Positions 8,959 through 20,776 of a stretch of DNA of 64,000 nucleotides are shown here, one piece after another. Source of the stretch: Lysobacterales bacterium (GTDB lineage Bacteria > Pseudomonadota > Gammaproteobacteria > Xanthomonadales > SZUA-5); contig JABAQR010000048.1 in NCBI GenBank assembly GCA_019187485.1, positions 25,979 through 89,978 on the forward strand. Reading direction: 5' to 3'. The notes under the pieces are model-generated. The model saw only the letters and a program-made list of their open reading frames with translations. It had not been told where the DNA came from and did not search any database. Within the stretch, counting starts at the first letter, position 1, and each line of letters starts with the position of its first letter. The position numbers and the translations under genes are program-made.

Positions 8959-11799
8959 TCAGGGCCGGAAGTTCAGCCGCTCGCGCTCGGCGGCCAGCGC
9001 CTGGTCCTGGCGGATGATCAGGGTCTTGTAGCGATTGGTGAGCCAGCGACCGAGCTGACTGGCGTAGGTCGGCGATCCGAGCACACCGGACTGGCCGCCC
9101 GGATGGATGTTCTCGGCGGCGATCTCGGCGGTCAACTGGCCAACGAAGCGACGCGCCGGGCCGGATCCGAACATGAAACCGTTGACGGTGTTGGCGCGGG
9201 TCGAGTGGGCCGAGGCGTCCAGCACCTCGTAGCCACCGGGCCGAGCGATGCCCGGCAACTGCGCCGACAGGCTGGCGAAGCCATAGGGATTGCTGCCCGG
9301 CAGGTTGAATGGACCGCCCAGCGGATGGTCAAACACGATCCGGTGCAGCCGTCCCCAGCGGTAATCGTCGAGGTTGGTCGAGTTCGCGAAGGCGGCGGCG
9401 AAATCGTTGCCGGAGAGCGCGTTCAGCGCGTCCCGCAGCGCGCGCAGCAACAACGTGTCGCGCGCAGCCTCGGGCGTAGGCGCGCCGCTCAGTTGGAAGA
9501 AATTGACGCCGCTGGCACCGACGCCATGCGCGGTCGGATAGCGCTCCAGCAGGTACAGCAAGGCGCGTACCGATTCCTCCGAACCCGGCGTCTGGCTGCC
9601 GAGGCCGATGCGCGTCAGTGTGCCATCGACGACACTGCGGATCGCGAAGGAGCGCCACACCGCGAACACCGTCGCCGCGGTCGAGTTGGCGATCTCGGTA
9701 GCGCTGGGTTGCGGCAGGTTGGCCGGATCGTCGCCCGGATCGAAGCCCTGCGCGATGCCGGTCGGCGTCGAATAGTCCCAGCTGCGCAGGCGCGCGATCG
9801 CGGCCGCGACGCGCGCGTCGCTGGCGATCGTGCGCAGCTCGCTCCAGGCATTCGGCGCCGCCGCATTGGTGGCCGCCGCGAGCAGGAAGGGTGTGAGTTT
9901 CTCGGCGTCGAGCGGCTGATTGTTGGCCTGCGTGCTCTTGATGAAATCCGCCGTGACTGGCTGTCCGGAAGCCAGGCGCGCCTGCAGCAGGCGATCGATG
10001 CGGCCCTGACGGAAGGCCGAGTAGCCGTTCTCGAGGTAGTAGATGCCGCCCCCCGGCCGCAACTGGTTCAACGCATTGTTGTCGAGGGTCACGCCGATCG
10101 GGTCGTTGTTGCAGTTCGCGATGTACCCCGCGGCCGGGTTGATCACGAAAGGCATCTCCGCCGGCGGCAGGATCTCGAAGGGCAGCGACTGGTTCGGGTA
10201 ATTGCTCGTACGCGGCAACCAGTCGTGCTGGAGGGTGCCCGAACCATCGCGGATCAGGAAGGGCGGCACGCCGCCGTCGGGCCGGCCGAGCGTCTGCAAG
10301 TCGCGCCGCAACGGCGATTCGGCGGTGGTGAAATAGGCGATGTTGTTGTCGACGTCGGCATACACGAAGTTCTGCGAGCCGACGTCGAAATACGACAGGT
10401 TGTCGCGGAACTCCTGCACGTTGCGTGAGCGCGGCAGGCGCCGGAAGGTCTCCAGCTCATTGGTTGCGCCCCAACCTGTGTAGGCCACCGACAGGCCGGT
10501 CGAGCCGGAGATCGTCACCACCGGGCCATTGTTGCGGCGCGGCACGATGATGGTCACACCGCCGTTGGTGTAGCCGATGGCGTTGGTGCGCGCGATGTTG
10601 TTGGCGACGCCATCGCCAATGGCGTTCACGAAGTAGCTCTGGAACACCCACACCACGGGTTCGGCGACGCCGCCATGGAGCGTGTGCGTCGGCAGCCCGT
10701 AGGTATTGAGCCGGAAGGTTTCCTGGTAGGTGTCGGTGACATCCAGAGGATTGGTCGTCAGGCCCCAGCAGAAACGGTCGGTACAGCCGAGCAAGGGACC
10801 CGGCGCGCCGGCCACCGAGGAACCGCTGAAGTTGTACGGCACCGGGAAGCGCGTGTCGGAGGAATACAGGCGGTTCTCGTAGAAAACCGAAGCCGTGTCC
10901 AGGCTGAGGTGTGGATCGTTCGCGAGGATCGGCCGGCCGCTGGCGGTCTTGCTGCCGGCAACGACCCACCAGTTGCTGGCACCGCGACCCTCGCGGAAGT
11001 TCAACGCGGGCCCGATCAGCGGGTGCTCGCTCACCTGATCGCGGTACTGGCGCGCGAGGTCCACCGTGCTCGCCGAGATCATCGGCACCTGCTCGGCGAG
11101 GCTCTTGTCCACCTCGCCCTGACCACCGATCGATTGCAGGAAGTTCGGGATCGACACCCGGTTGTCGCCCGGCTGCGTGCGGTGGGTGTCCTCGAAAAAC
11201 AGCGCGGCGCCATTGAACCCGCCGGCGGCGCCGGCCTGCTGGTAGGCCGCCAGGCGCAGGGTGAAATCGATATCGAGATCGAAGGACAACTGGAAGGCGA
11301 GCGCCTTGCCGATGACGAGGGAATCGACCGGCGACCAGGGATCGACCTGGGTCAGTTCCAGTGCGCCATATTCGGGCGGCAGCGCAGGAGTCGAACGGAT
11401 CCAGAAGTTGACGCCGTTCGCGTAGGCTTGGAGGAAGTCGCGCATGTCCGGCGAGAGCTTGGCGTAGGACTCCCAGGCAGCGCGCCGCAGGCCGAGCGTG
11501 CGGATCTGCACGTCGTTGGCGAGCGCGGCCTGGCCGACCAGTTCCGCCACCGTTCCGCTGGCGCCGCGACGGTTGAAATCCATCTGGAAGAAGCGGTCGC
11601 GAGCGTGGACATAGCCTTGCAGGTAGGCCATATCAAGGTCGTTCGCGGCGACGATCGTCGGCACACCCTCGGCGTCGATCGAGATCGAGCCGTTGGCGAT
11701 CAGACCCGGCGCCACGGTCTGCGCCGTAGCGGTGCCGGCGCACAGCAGCAGGGCGGTGGCGAGCGCCAGCGGGCGGCGCGCAAATGTTGGCTTGACCAT
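8959..11799 (-). CDS. Penicillin/AHL acylase family Ntn-hydrolase, secreted
   Basis: Start at MVKPTFARRPLALATALLLCAGTATAQ (signal peptide) with a GGGAGGA SD upstream. Ntn nucleophile context GRGASNWWVVAG...ILANDPHL. About 946 aa. Confidence 0.85.
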   Translation of the reverse strand: MVKPTFARRPLALATALLLCAGTATAQTVAPGLIANGSISIDAEGVPTIVAANDLDMAYLQGYVHARDRFFQMDFNRRGASGTVAELVGQAALANDVQIRTLGLRRAAWESYAKLSPDMRDFLQAYANGVNFWIRSTPALPPEYGALELTQVDPWSPVDSLVIGKALAFQLSFDLDIDFTLRLAAYQQAGAAGGFNGAALFFEDTHRTQPGDNRVSIPNFLQSIGGQGEVDKSLAEQVPMISASTVDLARQYRDQVSEHPLIGPALNFREGRGASNWWVVAGSKTASGRPILANDPHLSLDTASVFYENRLYSSDTRFPVPYNFSGSSVAGAPGPLLGCTDRFCWGLTTNPLDVTDTYQETFRLNTYGLPTHTLHGGVAEPVVWVFQSYFVNAIGDGVANNIARTNAIGYTNGGVTIIVPRRNNGPVVTISGSTGLSVAYTGWGATNELETFRRLPRSRNVQEFRDNLSYFDVGSQNFVYADVDNNIAYFTTAESPLRRDLQTLGRPDGGVPPFLIRDGSGTLQHDWLPRTSNYPNQSLPFEILPPAEMPFVINPAAGYIANCNNDPIGVTLDNNALNQLRPGGGIYYLENGYSAFRQGRIDRLLQARLASGQPVTADFIKSTQANNQPLDAEKLTPFLLAAATNAAAPNAWSELRTIASDARVAAAIARLRSWDYSTPTGIAQGFDPGDDPANLPQPSATEIANSTAATVFAVWRSFAIRSVVDGTLTRIGLGSQTPGSEESVRALLYLLERYPTAHGVGASGVNFFQLSGAPTPEAARDTLLLRALRDALNALSGNDFAAAFANSTNLDDYRWGRLHRIVFDHPLGGPFNLPGSNPYGFASLSAQLPGIARPGGYEVLDASAHSTRANTVNGFMFGSGPARRFVGQLTAEIAAENIHPGGQSGVLGSPTYASQLGRWLTNRYKTLIIRQDQALAAERERLNFRP

Positions 11800-11938
11800 G
11801 ATTTCCTCCCGGATGGATGCCGACGGACGGCATGTGTGCAGGCGGTTATACGCCTTCGCACCGACCAGGGAGTAACGCTTTGCAGTATGTCCGGGCGGGT
11901 TTCCGTGGCCCACCCGGACGTTGCGGGCCGGAAACGAC

Positions 11939-11960
11939 GAAGGCGCCCGCAGGCGCCTTC
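11939..11960 (-). terminator. Rho-independent terminator candidate after rplS
   Basis: GAAGGCGCC-CGCA-GGCGCCTTC forms a 9-bp stem. On the minus strand it is followed by GTCGTTTCC. It lies 26 nt past the rplS stop. Confidence 0.6.
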
Positions 11961-11985
11961 GCAGGGTCCACATCGAAGCGCGTCG

Positions 11986-12345
11986 TCAACCCTTGGCGGC
12001 CGACAGGTCTTCGCGAATACGTGCGGCCTTGCCTTCCAGCTCGCGCAGGTAGTACAACTTGGCGGCGCGCACCTTGCCGCGGCGCTTGACCTGCACCGAC
12101 TCGATTGCCGGGCTGTAGGTCTGGAAGACCCGCTCGACGCCCTCGCCGTGCGAGATCTTGCGCACGGTGAAGGAGGAGTTCAGGCCACGACTCTTGATCG
12201 CGATGACCACGCCCTCGTAGGCCTGCACGCGCTCGCGCGCGCCTTCCTTGACCTTGACGTTGACCACGACGGTATCGCCGGGCGTGAACGTCGGGATGTT
12301 GCGGTTCATCTGCTCAGCTTCCAGTTGCTGAATGATCTTGCTCAT
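11986..12345 (-). CDS. rplS: 50S ribosomal protein L19
   Basis: 119 aa, [13 protein letters not shown]...[15 protein letters not shown]. Last gene of the rpsP-rimM-trmD-rplS order. Confidence 0.97.
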   Translation of the reverse strand: MSKIIQQLEAEQMNRNIPTFTPGDTVVVNVKVKEGARERVQAYEGVVIAIKSRGLNSSFTVRKISHGEGVERVFQTYSPAIESVQVKRRGKVRAAKLYYLRELEGKAARIREDLSAAKG

Positions 12346-12378
12346 GGCGATTCCTTCGGGTGCAGACAGACTAGCCGC

Positions 12379-13131
12379 CTAGTCTACACCGAATTTCGCC
12401 TGGTGTTCATCCATGAACTCGCGCAGCAGCGCCCGATCGGTTTTGTTCAGCTTGACCCGCGCGAGCAGGTCCGGGCGCTTGAGCCAGGTGACACCGAGCG
12501 CCTGCCTGCGTCGCCAGCGTGCGATCTGCGCGTGATTGCCGGACAGCAACACCGGTGGAACGTCACCCTCCTCGGCTTGCTCGGGCCGCGTGTAGTGCGG
12601 GCAGTCCAGCAGCCCGTCCATGAAGCTGTCCTCGATCGCCGAGGCATCGCTGTGCAATACCCCCGGCAGCAGCCGGGTCACCGCATCGATCACCGCGAGT
12701 GCCGGCAGCTCGCCGCCGGAGAGCACGAAATCGCCGATCGAGACTTCCTCGTCGATGTAACGGTCCACGAAGCGCTGGTCGATCGCCTCGTAGCGCCCGC
12801 ACACCAGCACCAGGCCGGGCAGCGCGGCGAATTCGCGCGCCCGCGCCTGGTCGAAGCGCCGGCCCTGGGGACTCAGCAACAGCACCAGCGCACTGCCGGA
12901 CTGTTCCTTCGCCGCCGCCAGCGCACGTTTCAGCGGCTCGATCTTGAACACCATGCCGGGTCCACCGCCGAAGGGACGGTCGTCGACGGTGCGGTAGTTG
13001 TCCTCGGTGTAGTCGCGCGGATTCCAGCACTGCAGCGCAATCCGCCCGCGTTCCAGCGCGCGCCCGACCACGCCGACCGCCATCGCCGCACGGACAAATT
13101 CGGGGAAGAGGGTGAGGACGTCGAAGCGCAT
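12379..13131 (-). CDS. trmD: tRNA (guanine37-N1)-methyltransferase
   Basis: Start at MRFDVLTLFPEF. Motifs DDRPFGGGPGMV and GRYEAIDQR. 250 aa. Confidence 0.95.
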   Translation of the reverse strand: MRFDVLTLFPEFVRAAMAVGVVGRALERGRIALQCWNPRDYTEDNYRTVDDRPFGGGPGMVFKIEPLKRALAAAKEQSGSALVLLLSPQGRRFDQARAREFAALPGLVLVCGRYEAIDQRFVDRYIDEEVSIGDFVLSGGELPALAVIDAVTRLLPGVLHSDASAIEDSFMDGLLDCPHYTRPEQAEEGDVPPVLLSGNHAQIARWRRRQALGVTWLKRPDLLARVKLNKTDRALLREFMDEHQAKFGVD

Positions 13132-13140
13132 TTCCGAAGC

Positions 13141-13239
13141 GGTTGTCGGTGATCGGTTGTTGGTTGTCGGCAGCCAGGGCCGGCGAGTCCGCGGTGCTTC
13201 GCTCCGGCGAGCTTCGCTGCCGAGAACCGACAAGCAACC
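13141..13239. repeat. Palindromic tandem-unit element, copy C (7-nt unit GGTTGTC)
   Basis: Left arm GGTTGTC GGTGATC GGTTGTT GGTTGTC GG, a 49-nt centre, and right arm CCGAGAA CCGACAA GCAACC. It occupies the rimM-trmD junction. Confidence 0.8.
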
Positions 13240-13247
13240 CCCTGCCC

Positions 13248-13817
13248 CTAGAAGTCCGGATCCCAGTCCACCTTGATCACCCCGACGTCGAGGTCCACCG
13301 AGATCACGTGGCGCTCCAGCACGAAGGGGATCATGCGCTCGCGGGCGCCGTCGCGGACGACCAGGATCGGATGTGCGCCAAAGTCGACGAGGTGGTCGAC
13401 GCGGCCGAAGTCGGCGCCGTCGCGATTGCGCACGGCCAGGCCTTCGAGATCTGCCCAGTAGTACTCGCCCTTGCGCAAGGGCGGCAGTGCCGCGCGCTCG
13501 ACCGCGATTTCGCGGCCCCTCAGCGCGGCGGCCGCCTCGCGGTCGGCGATGCCCTCGACCTCGACGATCAGGCCCTTGGTGCTGTCCTGGCCACGCACCA
13601 CGGCAAGCGGCTGCGGGGCGTCGCCACCCAGCAGCCACCAGGGAGAATATTGAAGCAGCCTGCGCGGCGGGTCACTGAAGGAAGCCACCATCAGCGCGCC
13701 GCGCACGCCGTGCGCGCCCTGCACACGGCCCATCGTCACCAGCCGCTGCCGGGCAGCGCCGGTGGCCGCTGGCGCCGGGGCCTCAGGCCGCGGCGGCGGG
13801 CTGCTGCTTCTGCGCAA
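13248..13817 (-). CDS. rimM: 16S rRNA processing protein RimM
   Basis: [15 protein letters not shown] aligns with the GxxxGxxGWxxV RimM N-terminal motif, and a PRC-barrel-like C-terminus is present. ATG 13817 overlaps the rpsP 3' end by 35 nt. Alternative starts near 13733-13739 would truncate the conserved N-terminus. Confidence 0.85.
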   Translation of the reverse strand: MRRSSSPPPRPEAPAPAATGAARQRLVTMGRVQGAHGVRGALMVASFSDPPRRLLQYSPWWLLGGDAPQPLAVVRGQDSTKGLIVEVEGIADREAAAALRGREIAVERAALPPLRKGEYYWADLEGLAVRNRDGADFGRVDHLVDFGAHPILVVRDGARERMIPFVLERHVISVDLDVGVIKVDWDPDF

Positions 13818-14046
13818 GCTTGATCAGCTGGCGGACCTTGTCGGTCGGCTGCGCGCCGACGCCGACCCAATGCGTGACGCGGGCCAGGTCGACCGACAGC
13901 GGCACTTCCTTGCCCTGCGCGATCGGATTGTAGAAACCCACGCGCTCGATGCTGCGGCCGTCGCGTGCATAGCGCTCGTCGGCCACCACGATGTAGTAGA
14001 AGGGCCGCTTCTTGGCGCCACCACGAGCCAGGCGAATCTTGACCAT
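13783..14046 (-). CDS. rpsP: 30S ribosomal protein S16
   Basis: 87 aa, [17 protein letters not shown]. Confidence 0.97.
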   Translation of the reverse strand: MVKIRLARGGAKKRPFYYIVVADERYARDGRSIERVGFYNPIAQGKEVPLSVDLARVTHWVGVGAQPTDKVRQLIKLAQKQQPAAAA

Positions 14047-14129
14047 CGATTGAGTCCTTTCAAACGCATGCGGTACGAGCGAAGCCGGCGAGTTTAGCCG
14101 AGTCCGCAGGCTGCGCCAAGCGCCTCGAA

Positions 14130-14236
14130 GGTTGTGGGTGGTGGGTGGTGGGTTGTGGGTTCAGGCAACAGTGCGCTCCGAAATCGGTTCTTGCGTGCTT
14201 CTGCTGCCCACAACCCACAACTCACAACCCACAACC
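14130..14236. repeat. Palindromic tandem-unit element, copy D (7-nt units GTTGTGG/GTGGTGG)
   Basis: Left arm GGTTGTGGGTGGTGGGTGGTGGGTTGTGGGT, a 46-nt centre, and right arm CCCACAACCCACAACTCACAACCCACAACC. Lies in the divergent rpsP/parC intergenic region. Confidence 0.85.
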
Positions 14237-14286
14237 ATCTTCAAGGTAGAGTCGCCGCCCTCCGCAACACCCACGCCGCAGCGCCG

Positions 14287-16523
<2,237 letters not shown>

Positions 16524-16524
<1 letters not shown>

Positions 16525-16673
16525 GGCACGGGAGCACGGGAGGAGCGGGACACGGGGCACGAAAAAAGCTCGCTGAACGCCGGGCTGCGCAGGCCACCCG
16601 TCCAGCGCACCCACATCAAACTTGCCCGAGGTCTTCCTGTGCCCCGCCCCACGGTGCCCGTGCCTCCGCTTCC
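16524..16673. repeat. Palindromic tandem-unit element, copy E (irregular CACGGG-type units)
   Basis: The left arm AGGCACGGGAGCACGGGAGGAGCGGGACACGGGGCACG starts at the last base of the parC TGA. A centre of about 75 nt follows. The right arm is CCTGTGCCCCGCCCCACGGTGCCCGTGCCTCCGCTTCC. Confidence 0.75.
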
Positions 16674-16706
16674 ACCTCCAACGCCCCGCTTCAGCTTCCC
16701 CCTGCT

Positions 16707-16793
16707 ATGTTCCGCGCGATGAAAGGTTTTCCGCTCCCAGCCGTCACCATACGAGATCATTGCGGTTGGCGATGCCGGGCAGGCGTGCGATGA
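16707..16793 (+). other. Upstream ORF made from a duplicated rnt 5' end, with its stop overlapping the rnt ATG
   Basis: M(FRA)MKGFPLPAVTIRDHCGWRCRAGVR*. The TGA at 16791-16793 overlaps the rnt ATG at 16790-16792 (ATGA). Confidence 0.4.
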
Positions 16794-16819
16794 AAGGTTT
16801 TCCGCTCCCAGCCGTCACC
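16716..16819 (+). repeat. 33-bp direct repeat (two copies, 71-bp period) spanning the rnt start
   Basis: GCGATGAAAGGTTTTCCGCTCCCAGCCGTCACC occurs at 16716-16748 and again at 16787-16819. Confidence 0.9.
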
Positions 16820-17458
16820 CTGGCCGATCGCTTTCGTGGCTATTACCCGGTCGTGGTCGACGTCGAAACGGGCGGTTTCGACTGCGAGGGCGATGCCCTG
16901 CTCGAGATCGCTGCGGTGCTGTTGGAAATGACGCCGGAAGGCCGCTTGCGGCGCAGCCATACGGTCTCCACGCACGTAGTCCCGTTCCCGGGGTCGAACA
17001 TCGATCCGCGCTCGCTCGAGATCACCGGCATCGACCCTAGCCATCCGTTGCGTGCCGCGCTCGATGAGCGCGAGGCGCTGGACTGCATCTTCGAGCCGGT
17101 GCGCAAGGCGATGAAGGCTGCCGACTGCACGCGCGCGATCCTGGTCGGGCACAACGCCGCCTTCGACCTTTCCTTCCTGAACGCCGCGATCCGCCGCACC
17201 GGCCACAAGCGTTCGCCATTCCATCCCTTCAGCACCTTCGACACGGTCTCGCTGGCCGGCCTGACCATCGGCCAGACCGTGCTCGGCAAGGCCCTGCACA
17301 TGGTCGGTCTGGGTTGGAACAGCAAGCAAGCGCACTCGGCGATCTACGACGCCGAACAGACCGCCGAACTGTTCTGCGCGATCGTCAACCGCTGGCGCGA
17401 ACTGCAAGCGACGACGACCGACGCATCTTCGATGGCGGCCTTGCTCACCCCGGCCTGA
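16790..17458 (+). CDS. rnt: Ribonuclease T
   Basis: MKGFPLPAVTLADRFRGYYPVVVDVETGGF matches my recollection of E. coli RNase T (CDRFRGFYPVVIDVETAGF). DEDDh exonuclease motifs are present (HNAAFD, HSAIYDAE). Confidence 0.92.
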   Translation: MKGFPLPAVTLADRFRGYYPVVVDVETGGFDCEGDALLEIAAVLLEMTPEGRLRRSHTVSTHVVPFPGSNIDPRSLEITGIDPSHPLRAALDEREALDCIFEPVRKAMKAADCTRAILVGHNAAFDLSFLNAAIRRTGHKRSPFHPFSTFDTVSLAGLTIGQTVLGKALHMVGLGWNSKQAHSAIYDAEQTAELFCAIVNRWRELQATTTDASSMAALLTPA

Positions 17459-17562
17459 CCCGTCTTCGTCGCCCGAGAAGCCTCGCGTTCAGAAGCGGGT
17501 GGCAGGCATCTCCACAACGCCGCGGGCATTCATCTGCGCATTCTTTGCCATCCGCTTGCCGT

Positions 17563-19554
17563 CTACCAGTGCACGCCACGCATCAGCGAGGCGAAAGCCA
17601 CCTGCTCGCTCGACGGCGGCGCATCCTGGCCACCCTTGACGCCTTTCGCAGCGGCCGAATCCGGGAACAGTTGGAAGGCGGTGTTGAGCACCACCTGGTA
17701 CACCTTCGGCGCCATCAGGTGGAGCATCTCGGCGAAGATGCCGAGGCGCGTGGCGATCCGGTGCGGACGTTCGATGATCGCCTGCACGACCATGTCGCCG
17801 GCCTCCTCGGGTGTGAGCGTCGGCACGTTGTCGTAGATCTTGGTCGGACCGATCATCGGCGTCTTCACCAGCGGCATGTTGACGATGGTGAAGTGGATGT
17901 TCTTGTCCGAGAACTCGCTCGCCGCGCAGCGCGAGAAGGCATCCAGCGCGGCCTTGCTGGCGACGTAGGCAGAGAAGCGCGGCGCGTTGGTGAGCACGCC
18001 GATCGAGCTGATGTTGATGACGTGACCGCGACGGCGTTCGGTCATGCTCGGCAGCAGCCCCATGACCAGCCGCAGCGAACCGAAATAGTTCAGCTGCATG
18101 GTGCGCTCGAAATCGTGGAAGCGGTCGTAGCTGAGCTCGATCGAGCGCCGGATCGACCGTCCGGCGTTGTTGACCAGCACGTCGACGCCCTTGTGGTCCG
18201 CGAGCACCTTCCTGACCAGCTCGTCGCAGGAGGCCAACTCGGACAGGTCGGCCTGGTAGATGAAGACCTGGGCGCCCTTGTGTTCGGCCTCGATCTCGGC
18301 CTTGGCCTTCTCGAGGTCCTCGAGTCCGCGCGCGCAGATCAGAGTCTTCGCGCCGGCCGCTGCCACCTTTTTCGCGGTCGCGAGCCCGATCCCCGACGAG
18401 CCTCCGGTGATCAGCACCACCTTGTCGCGCACGCGACTGCCGAGCGATCGGTCGACGTGCAGGTCGGGATCCAGGTGGCGCTCCCAGTAGTCCCACAGGC
18501 GCCAGGCGTAGTCCTCGAGGTCGGGAACCCGGATACCAGTCCCCTTGAGCACGCGTTCGGTCTCACGGGTATCGAAGCGGGTCGGGTAATTGAAGAACTT
18601 CAGTACATCCGCGGGGATGTTGAGGCTCTTCAGGGTGTGGTTGAGGATCCGCCGCACCGGCGGCAGCATGCCGATCGCGCCGCGGATCGAGGCCGGAATG
18701 AACTGGAAGATGCGCGCATCGATGCGCATCGTCATCTTCGGCGCATGCCCGGCACTGGCGAAGATGTTCAGCACCTCGCCGACCCGTCGTGGCGACGGAT
18801 CGGTCAGGTGGAAACACCCGCCGTCGAGGCCTTTTTCATGCGCGATGTGGTCCATCGCATTGACCACGAAATCGACCGGCACGATGTTGATGCGGCCGCC
18901 CTCGAAGCCGAGCGTCGGCACCCACGGCGGCAGCGTCTGGCGCAAGCGCTTCAGCAGCGTGAAGAAGTAGTAGGGGCCGTCGATCTTGTCGATCTCGCCG
19001 GTTTGCGAGTGGCCGACGACCATGCCTGGCCGGTAGATCCGGAAGGGTCGCTTGCACTCCTTGCGGACGATGCCTTCGGAATCGTGCTTGGTACGGAAAT
19101 AGGCGTGCTCGAGATTCTCGGCCTCATCGAACATGTCTTCGCGGAACACCCCGGCGTAAAGGCCGGCGGCGGCGATCGAGCTGACATGGTGGAAGCAGCC
19201 GGCGCGGATCGTCTCGGCCAGTTCGACCGCGTTGCGGGTGCCGTCGATGTTCGCCGCCTGCTGCGATTCCGCATTCGCCGACAAGTCGTAGATCGCAGCC
19301 AGGTGGAAGAAATGACGGACCTTGCCGGTGAGCTGCTTCTGCGCCTCCGCGGAAAGACCGAGCTTCGGCTTGGTGAGATCTCCGGTGACCGCGACCAGGC
19401 GCTCACCGGCCTCTGGGTAGCGCTCCTTCAGCGCCTCGAACTTGTCCTTGGATCCGCGCCGGACCAGCACATGGATGGTGCCCTTGCGCTTGAGCAGGTT
19501 GCCGATCAGGAAGCGGCCCAGGAAGCCGGTTGCGCCTGTGACGAAATAGCTCAT
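17563..19554 (-). CDS. Two-domain fatty acyl-CoA/aldehyde reductase (thioester-reductase domain plus SDR domain)
   Basis: 663 aa. The N-terminal Rossmann motif is MSYFVTGATGFLGRFL, and the C-terminal half has a second motif, VVLITGGSSGIGLATAK. The size and architecture resemble the about 660-aa Marinobacter-type wax-ester reductases (recalled, not searched). Confidence 0.8.
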   Translation of the reverse strand: MSYFVTGATGFLGRFLIGNLLKRKGTIHVLVRRGSKDKFEALKERYPEAGERLVAVTGDLTKPKLGLSAEAQKQLTGKVRHFFHLAAIYDLSANAESQQAANIDGTRNAVELAETIRAGCFHHVSSIAAAGLYAGVFREDMFDEAENLEHAYFRTKHDSEGIVRKECKRPFRIYRPGMVVGHSQTGEIDKIDGPYYFFTLLKRLRQTLPPWVPTLGFEGGRINIVPVDFVVNAMDHIAHEKGLDGGCFHLTDPSPRRVGEVLNIFASAGHAPKMTMRIDARIFQFIPASIRGAIGMLPPVRRILNHTLKSLNIPADVLKFFNYPTRFDTRETERVLKGTGIRVPDLEDYAWRLWDYWERHLDPDLHVDRSLGSRVRDKVVLITGGSSGIGLATAKKVAAAGAKTLICARGLEDLEKAKAEIEAEHKGAQVFIYQADLSELASCDELVRKVLADHKGVDVLVNNAGRSIRRSIELSYDRFHDFERTMQLNYFGSLRLVMGLLPSMTERRRGHVINISSIGVLTNAPRFSAYVASKAALDAFSRCAASEFSDKNIHFTIVNMPLVKTPMIGPTKIYDNVPTLTPEEAGDMVVQAIIERPHRIATRLGIFAEMLHLMAPKVYQVVLNTAFQLFPDSAAAKGVKGGQDAPPSSEQVAFASLMRGVHW

Positions 19555-19729
19555 GTGATCGTCCTCCCCCGAGGTCGAGAAGATGCCGGCCGCCGCGGAA
19601 TCGACGGATGGCCCTAAGATATCGAGCGCCGCGGGCGACCGCCAGCGAAGCCCGCCCGACCCCTTGCGATTCGCGGTCCGCGGAACGATAGTGGCGACCG
19701 GGTTTCAGCCACGCCTTGCGGAGACACGA

Positions 19730-19993
19730 ATGTCCGACCTCGACAGCCAGTTCCAGGCCGCGACCGAAGCTGCCAAGCAGCTCCCGGAGCGCCCCGACAA
19801 CGACACCATGCTGAAGCTCTACAGCCACTTCAAGCAGGCCACCGAGGGTGATGTGTCGGGACCGAAGCCGGGCTTCTTCGACTTCGTGGGCACCGCCAAG
19901 TACGAGGCCTGGGAGAAGCTCAAGGGCCTGTCCGCGGACGACGCGAAGAAGAAGTACATGGACCTCGTCAAGCGCCTCGGCGGCAAGTTCTGA
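19730..19993 (+). CDS. Acyl-CoA-binding protein (ACBP)
   Basis: 87 aa. The motifs LKLYSHFKQATEGD and GTAKYEAWEKLKG are the classic ACBP signature. Confidence 0.88.
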   Translation: MSDLDSQFQAATEAAKQLPERPDNDTMLKLYSHFKQATEGDVSGPKPGFFDFVGTAKYEAWEKLKGLSADDAKKKYMDLVKRLGGKF

Positions 19994-20000
19994 GGGCGTC

Positions 20001-20654
20001 GTGGCACAGGAACCCGGGCCGGTGAAGACGCGTGACCGCATCCTGGCGAAGAGCCTGGAGATGTTCAACGCGCAGGGTGAACCGAACGTCACCACGAATC
20101 ACATCGCCGACGAGCTGGAGATCAGCCCGGGCAACCTCTACTACCACTTCCGCAACAAGGACGACATCATCGAGCAGTTGTTCGCGCGCTTCGAGGAGCG
20201 CATCGGCGAAGCGCTGCTGGTGCCCGAGGGCCGCCAGCCCAATCTCGAGGACATGTGGCTGCAGATGCACCTGGTGTTCGAGTGCATCTGGGACTATCGC
20301 TTCGTCTACCGTGATCTCGTCGACCTGCTGACGCGCTCGCGCAAGCTCAAGATGCACTTCTCGCGCATCCTGAAGCGCGCCCACGAGAGCATCTCGAAGG
20401 TGTGCACGGAGATGGTCAAGGCCGGGACGATGCTCGCCAGCCAGCGCGAGATCGAGGCGATCGCGCAGAACACCGTGGTGCTGACCACCTTCTGGCTGAA
20501 CTTCCAGCAGATCAAGCCGGCCACCAGCACCAAGACCGACGTCGACCTCGGCCGCGGCATCTACCAGGTCATGGTTCTGATCGCGCCCTACCTGAAGAGC
20601 GCCGAGCGGGCGCACCTGAACCGGCTGGCGGACCAGTACCTGGGTGGAGCGTAG
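20001..20654 (+). CDS. TetR/AcrR family transcriptional regulator
   Basis: GTG start 8 nt after the ACBP stop. The N-terminal HTH is RDRILAKSLEMFNAQGEPNVTTNHIADELEISPGNLYYHFRNKDDI. Confidence 0.85.
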   Translation: MAQEPGPVKTRDRILAKSLEMFNAQGEPNVTTNHIADELEISPGNLYYHFRNKDDIIEQLFARFEERIGEALLVPEGRQPNLEDMWLQMHLVFECIWDYRFVYRDLVDLLTRSRKLKMHFSRILKRAHESISKVCTEMVKAGTMLASQREIEAIAQNTVVLTTFWLNFQQIKPATSTKTDVDLGRGIYQVMVLIAPYLKSAERAHLNRLADQYLGGA

Positions 20655-20658
20655 GAAC

Positions 20659-20738
20659 GGTTGTCAGTTGTCAGTTGCCGGTTGTCGGCAGCGGAAGCCC
20701 GGGCATCCACCCTTGCTGACAACCGAGAACCGACCACC
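20659..20738. repeat. Palindromic tandem-unit element, copy F (7-nt unit GGTTGTC, short centre)
   Basis: Left arm GGTTGTCAGTTGTCAGTTGCCGGTTGTCGG, a 30-nt centre, and right arm ACAACCGAGAACCGACCACC. The arm shares CCGAGAACCGAC with copy C. Confidence 0.8.
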
Positions 20739-20768
20739 CGCACGGGCTGGCCATCGCCAGCCCGTGCG
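20739..20768. terminator. Perfect 12-bp hairpin between convergent genes
   Basis: CGCACGGGCTGG-CCATCG-CCAGCCCGTGCG. It lies between the TetR stop (20654) and the phasin-like stop (20777). There is no clear U-tract. Confidence 0.5.
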
Positions 20769-20776
20769 AATGCGCA

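Noticed and set aside
16622-16789. The upstream in-frame ATG at 16622 as the rnt start (278-aa version).
   Set aside because: The extension is translated from repeat copy E and has no similarity to RNase T. Homology starts right after the ATG at 16790.
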